From positions 471 through 64,470 of the forward strand of contig JACFNV010000001.1 of assembly GCA_019454675.1 (NCBI GenBank): a stretch of 64,000 bases of DNA. The letters run 5' to 3'. The DNA comes from Gammaproteobacteria bacterium. GTDB taxonomy: Bacteria > Pseudomonadota > Gammaproteobacteria > Steroidobacterales > GCA-2729495. A program made the position numbers and the translations under genes. This document shows positions 58,693-64,000 of the stretch, one piece after another (positions within the stretch are counted from its first letter, which is position 1; each line of letters starts with the position of its first letter). The notes below the pieces were generated by a model, which was not told the origin of the DNA, did not search any database, and saw only the letters and a list, made by a program, of their open reading frames with translations.

Positions 58693-59700
58693 TCAGCGCG
58701 GCTTCTTGCCGGGCTTCCGGGCGGGACTGCTGCGCTCGTGGGCGTGTGCCTCGCCGTTGCCGTGGTCGTGCACGTAGAAGTCGGTGGAGCTCCGGTCTGC
58801 TTCACCATCCTCGTTGGCATAGTCGTACTGCGGAAACTCGAAGTCGTGCGGGTGGTTGTGCCCGTCGGGCGAGCGGATCCACTTGTAGAGATTGGGCTTG
58901 TACCTGCGGATGACCGCAGCCGCACGCTCGCGATTCTCCTCGGGCGTGGACCACGGGTTGTAGTGGAAGTAGTTGTGCAGCGAGCTGTCGGTGCGCCCGA
59001 AGCCGAGCACGCCGAGCTGGCTGGCGAAGGCGCCGTGGTTGATCCAGGCCGGGCGCCAGAAGTAGCCGCCGGTGGGCAGGTTGCCGAACTGCATCATCGA
59101 GGAGGTGCCCCAGATGTGGTAGCTCTCCTCGGCGCAGTCATGGTAGGAGATGTTGTCCTGCCAGTAATTGGGGGTCATGCAGTAGAGCAGCGAATGCGCA
59201 TGGGTGAGCGGGTCGGCGCGCAGCATCTTCACCATGCAGCCCGGTGCCACCGAGGGGGTGATGAAATTGGCGACCTTCCACTGCAGCCCCTCGTAGGCAT
59301 CGACGATGATCAGCTGGTCACGCAGGGCACGCGGGTGATCGGCGTCGGACTCGAGGAAGCTGGGCTCGCCGTAGTTGTAGAAAAGCAGGCCCTCTGCTCC
59401 CTTGGGCGAGCTCATGGCCGGCATGGAAACGCCAGCCGGAACGAAGAAGTAATGCCCCTTGCCGTAGGTCTTCTCTCCATAGCGCACCGAGCCCGAGAGA
59501 ATGAAGAGCTCCATCTCGGAGTAGCTCAGGCCAGGCGGCTGCCGGTAGCCGGACTCGAAGCGCACGGTCATCGAGCAGGCCCCGCTATCGGTGTCGAGGC
59601 TGAGCATCTTGTACTTCATCCCCTTCGGGAAGCCCGGCAGGCTCATCTTCTTGAAGTCGACGTCGCGATCGACGAAGGGTTCGATGTGGGGTCGGGCCAT
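58693..59700 (-). CDS. Tandem cupin protein (DUF4437/ChrR-like) with His-rich tail
   Basis: K-LS-D-DSGACS, E-FILSG, GHYFFVPAGV, YH-CAEE-Y, GGYFWRPAWINHG. Confidence 0.72.
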   Translation of the reverse strand: MARPHIEPFVDRDVDFKKMSLPGFPKGMKYKMLSLDTDSGACSMTVRFESGYRQPPGLSYSEMELFILSGSVRYGEKTYGKGHYFFVPAGVSMPAMSSPKGAEGLLFYNYGEPSFLESDADHPRALRDQLIIVDAYEGLQWKVANFITPSVAPGCMVKMLRADPLTHAHSLLYCMTPNYWQDNISYHDCAEESYHIWGTSSMMQFGNLPTGGYFWRPAWINHGAFASQLGVLGFGRTDSSLHNYFHYNPWSTPEENRERAAAVIRRYKPNLYKWIRSPDGHNHPHDFEFPQYDYANEDGEADRSSTDFYVHDHGNGEAHAHERSSPARKPGKKPR

Positions 59701-59895
59701 CGTGGTTCTCCAGCTGCAGTGCGGGCATGCTCCGGCAACCTGGCGAGGCGGTGGTGCGCCACCGTGGTCATCCGGGTCGCAGCGGCTGGTTATAGCACGA
59801 TATGCCAAGCAGCCGGAAGTTTCCGGCCGTCGCCCACGGCGAGGCACCGCGGGCGGTTGCCACCCACGGCATCCAACGGGCTTCATGGAAGGAAA

Positions 59896-59972
<77 letters not shown>

Positions 59973-60112
59973 AATCGGAATCAGACGTCAAGCAACGACT
60001 CGCGGCAGATGCAGCCTGCGCAGCAGCAGCTATCGGCTGCAGGCAAGCTGGGGGTCAGCCCCGCGAAGGCGCGCATGATACCCCAGCCATCGACGCCAGG
60101 GAACCCGGACGA

Positions 60113-60469
60113 TCAGCGCCGGAGGATCTTCAGGACCTCTTCCAGCTCGCCGCGCAGCTGGCGGATGATCTGCTGGCTCTGGGAGACATCGTTCCTCGCC
60201 TCTTCGCCGGTCAGCTTCTGGCGCGCGCCACCGATGGTGAAGCCATCGTTGTAGAGCAGGCTGCGGATCTGGCGGATGATCAGCACGTCCTGGCGCTGGT
60301 AGTAGCGGCGGTTGCCGCGGCGCTTGACGGGCTTGAGCTGCGGAAACTCCTGCTCCCAGTAACGCAGCACGTGCGGCTTGACGGCGCACAGCTCGCTGAC
60401 CTCACCGATGGTGAAGTAGCGCTTGCCGGGGATGGGTGGCAGCTCGTCGTTATTTCCCGGTTCCAGCAT
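60113..60469 (-). CDS. MerR-family transcriptional regulator (conserved downstream of ihfA)
   Basis: [45 protein letters not shown]. Confidence 0.94.
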   Translation of the reverse strand: MLEPGNNDELPPIPGKRYFTIGEVSELCAVKPHVLRYWEQEFPQLKPVKRRGNRRYYQRQDVLIIRQIRSLLYNDGFTIGGARQKLTGEEARNDVSQSQQIIRQLRGELEEVLKILRR

Positions 60470-60749
60470 AGGCTTCCACTCGGGCTTTCAGTTTCTGTCC
60501 TGGGCGGAAGGTCACGACCCGCCGCGCGGAAATGGGGATTTCTTCGCCGGTCTTGGGATTCCGGCCCGGCCTCGTGTTCTTGTCGCGCAGGTCGAAGTTG
60601 CCGAAGCCCGACAACTTTACCTGCCGCCCGCTCGACAGCGCCGCACGCAGGTCCTCGAAAAACAGGTCCACGAGCTCGCGTGCCTCACGCTTGTTGAGGC
60701 CCAGCTCGTTGAAAAGCGACTCTGCTATCTCGGCTTTTGTCAGGGCCAT
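60450..60749 (-). CDS. ihfA: Integration host factor alpha
   Basis: [53 protein letters not shown]. Confidence 0.97.
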   Translation of the reverse strand: MALTKAEIAESLFNELGLNKREARELVDLFFEDLRAALSSGRQVKLSGFGNFDLRDKNTRPGRNPKTGEEIPISARRVVTFRPGQKLKARVEAYAGTGK

Positions 60750-60771
60750 GGTGCTGGTTCTCTCGCCGGCC

Positions 60772-63153
60772 TTATTCTCTGATTCTGGCCTGAAACTCGC
60801 GGCTGAGTGCCGCCCTGACGTCCTGCAGGACGCCATGCACATCCTCATCCGTAAGGGTGCGCGATGAGTCCTGCAAAATCAAGCCGATAGCCACACTTTT
60901 TTGTGTATCACCGACCTGCGGACCCATGTACAGGTCGAAGATGAAGCTGTCGCGCAGGATACCCGGGGGCACCGCGCCCCTGGCCACCGCCAGCAGCTGG
61001 TCGGCCGGAACGTCGCAGGCCACCAGCATGGCCACGTCGCGCCGTACCACCGGGAACACCGAGAGCCTGCCATGGGACGGGCGGCTGCGCTGCAGGCCGT
61101 CGATGGCCAGTTCGAAGAGCATGGCACCCTGCAGGCCCAGCTCCGCCGCCAGCACCGGGTGCATCTCGCCCAGCCAGCCAAGCGGACGCTCCGCCACGAC
61201 GATGCGCGCCGAGCGTCCCGGATGCAGCGCCGGATGCCGTTCGGCAACGAAGCGGCTGGTGGCCAGCTGGCCCGCGGTGGCCAGCAGCATTTCGACATCC
61301 GCCTTCACGTCGAAAAAATCGACGCGCCGCGAGGGCTCGCCCCACTGCTCCGGCCAGCGGCTGCCGACGGCGATTCCCGCCAGGTGGCGCCCGGCTGCCC
61401 GGTCCCTGGCATCGCCGGCCAGGTAATGGCTGCCGAGTTCGAACAAGCGCACCCGCGGCTGCTGGCGCCGCAGGTTCTCGCCCGCCGCCAGCGCAAGCCC
61501 CGGCCACAGCGACTGGCGCATCACCGCAAGCTCGGCCGAGATCGGGTTGCTCAGCACCAGCTCCTGCCCGGCATCGGCGGCGAAGCGCCGCGCGAGCCCC
61601 GCCTCGATGAAGCTGTAGGTGATCGCCTCCTGGTAGCCACGCGTCACCAACGCCCTGCCCAGCTCGCCCACAGGGTCCAGCGTTTCGCCGGCGCGTGCCG
61701 GCGTGACCGTCACCGTGCCGGGAAGCGCCGGGATCCGCTCGTAGCCATGGAGGCGCGCCACCTCCTCGATCAGGTCTTCCTCGCAACCGATGTCGAAGCG
61801 CGCACCGGGCGGAGTCAGCTCCCAGCCATCGGGGATCGGCACCACCTGCATGTGCAGGCGCCGCAGGATGTCCGCCACCTCGTCGTCGGCCACCTCGATG
61901 CCGAGCACGCGCTGCATGCGCGCGCGACGCAGGCGGACCGGCGGGCGTGCGGGCATGCCCTGCGCTTCCAGCCTGTCCACGAGCGGGCCGGCCTGGCCAC
62001 CGGCGATGTCCATGATCAGCCGCGTGGCCCTCTCGATGGCCTGCGGTGCCAGCGCGGGATCGACGCCCCGCTCGAAGCGCAGCGAAGCATCGGTGTGCAG
62101 GCCGAAGCGCCGCGCCCGCCCGGCGAGCGCCGCCGGCGCGAAGAAGGCCGCCTCGAGGAAAATGTCGCGGCTGGCCGCGGCGACGGCCGTGCGCGAGCCG
62201 CCCATGATGCCGGCCAGGCCCACCGGTCCCGCCGCATCGGCGATGACCAGCACATCCTCCTGCAGCTGTACCTGGCGGCCATCCAGCAGCTCCAGCCCTT
62301 CCCCCGCATGCGCGAGGCGTGCGGCCAGCGGACCCTCGAGGCTTGCGAGGTCATAGGCGTGCATGGGCTGGCCAAGCTCGAGCATGACGTAATTGGTGAC
62401 GTCGACGACCGGGCTGATCGGGCGGACGCCGCAGCGGCGCAGTCGCTCGCGCATCCACAGCGGTGTCAGCGCATCCTCGCGCAGCCCGCGGATGATGCGG
62501 CCCGCAAACCGCGGGCAGGCGGCCGGCGCCGGCAGCAGCACATCGAGCGTGTCGGGAACCGTCGCCGCAACCCCGGCCGGGGCGGGTCCGGACAGTGCCA
62601 GCTGCCCTGCCGCTGCCACTTCCCGCGCCACGCCAAGGATGCTGAAGCAGTCGGCGCGGTTGGGCGTGATGTTGAGGTCGAGGACCGCATCACCCAGCTC
62701 GAGCACTGCACCGACATCCGTGCCCGGTATGGCATCGGCATCCAGCTCCAGCAGTCCTTCAGCCTCGATGTCGAGGCCAAGCTCGGTCGCCGAGCACAGC
62801 ATGCCCGCCGAAGGCTCCCCGCGCAGCCGGGTGGCCTTGATGGTCAGGCCGCCTGGCAGGCGCGCGCCCTCGAGCGCCGTCGGGTAGAGCCCGCCCTCGC
62901 GCACATTGGGCGCGCCGCAGACGATGCCGAGTGGCTCGGCGGCACCGACATCCACCCGGCACAGGGAAAGCCTGTCGGCATTGGGATGCGGGCGCCGGGC
63001 GAGCACGCGCCCCACCACCACCCGTTCCAGCGGCACCCCTTCCCTCTCCAGGGCATCGACCTCGAGGCCGAGCATCGTCAGGCGATGGGAGAGAGCCTCG
63101 GGATCCAGTCCGTGGGCAACGTATTCCCGCAGCCAGGAGTTGCAGAACTTCAT
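60772..63153 (-). CDS. pheT: Phenylalanyl-tRNA synthetase beta subunit
   Basis: [63 protein letters not shown]. Confidence 0.96.
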   Translation of the reverse strand: MKFCNSWLREYVAHGLDPEALSHRLTMLGLEVDALEREGVPLERVVVGRVLARRPHPNADRLSLCRVDVGAAEPLGIVCGAPNVREGGLYPTALEGARLPGGLTIKATRLRGEPSAGMLCSATELGLDIEAEGLLELDADAIPGTDVGAVLELGDAVLDLNITPNRADCFSILGVAREVAAAGQLALSGPAPAGVAATVPDTLDVLLPAPAACPRFAGRIIRGLREDALTPLWMRERLRRCGVRPISPVVDVTNYVMLELGQPMHAYDLASLEGPLAARLAHAGEGLELLDGRQVQLQEDVLVIADAAGPVGLAGIMGGSRTAVAAASRDIFLEAAFFAPAALAGRARRFGLHTDASLRFERGVDPALAPQAIERATRLIMDIAGGQAGPLVDRLEAQGMPARPPVRLRRARMQRVLGIEVADDEVADILRRLHMQVVPIPDGWELTPPGARFDIGCEEDLIEEVARLHGYERIPALPGTVTVTPARAGETLDPVGELGRALVTRGYQEAITYSFIEAGLARRFAADAGQELVLSNPISAELAVMRQSLWPGLALAAGENLRRQQPRVRLFELGSHYLAGDARDRAAGRHLAGIAVGSRWPEQWGEPSRRVDFFDVKADVEMLLATAGQLATSRFVAERHPALHPGRSARIVVAERPLGWLGEMHPVLAAELGLQGAMLFELAIDGLQRSRPSHGRLSVFPVVRRDVAMLVACDVPADQLLAVARGAVPPGILRDSFIFDLYMGPQVGDTQKSVAIGLILQDSSRTLTDEDVHGVLQDVRAALSREFQARIRE

Positions 63154-63161
63154 CCCTTGCC

Positions 63162-64000
<839 letters not shown>

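Overview
High-GC gammaproteobacterial chromosome segment; the gene content suggests a Xanthomonadales/Steroidobacterales-like lineage (inference). No mobile element, CRISPR array or rRNA was seen. In order it contains: a type II secretion block gspGHIJKLMN; convergent addA/addB-like helicase-nuclease genes behind alaA and an orphan ORF; a rhodanese; etfBA plus a Bcr/CflA MFS; a catabolic region (MFS, Prx5, ALDH, AKR, IclR, hydantoinase/oxoprolinase A+B, HMG-CoA-lyase-like, CaiB CoA-transferase, VOC-like, 2Fe-2S ferredoxin); tonB-exbB-exbD-exbD-TPR; an amino-acid biosynthesis cluster (ilvE-leuCDB, metB, trpR-like-hisGDCBHAFE, truncated ada, lysC-lysA fusion, ilvD); an FAD oxidase; a divergent class III nucleotide-cyclase-like gene coupled to a nitrilase-fold gene with an altered triad; a bicupin; tRNA-Pro(GGG); merR-ihfA-pheT-pheS(partial). 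The main findings are: (1) an apparently complete ribosome-dependent attenuator with a probably leaderless 27-aa peptide carrying Met/Thr/Ile/Lys/Asp codons upstream of the aspartokinase-DAP decarboxylase fusion; (2) the non-canonical cyclase plus Glu-Arg-Ser nitrilase pair; (3) hisF apparently starting at ATT; (4) a his operon with hisE only and a candidate operator for its TrpR-like first gene; (5) an uncharacterised lactamase/CoA-transferase/lyase pathway. All calls come from motif recognition by eye; no database searches were run.
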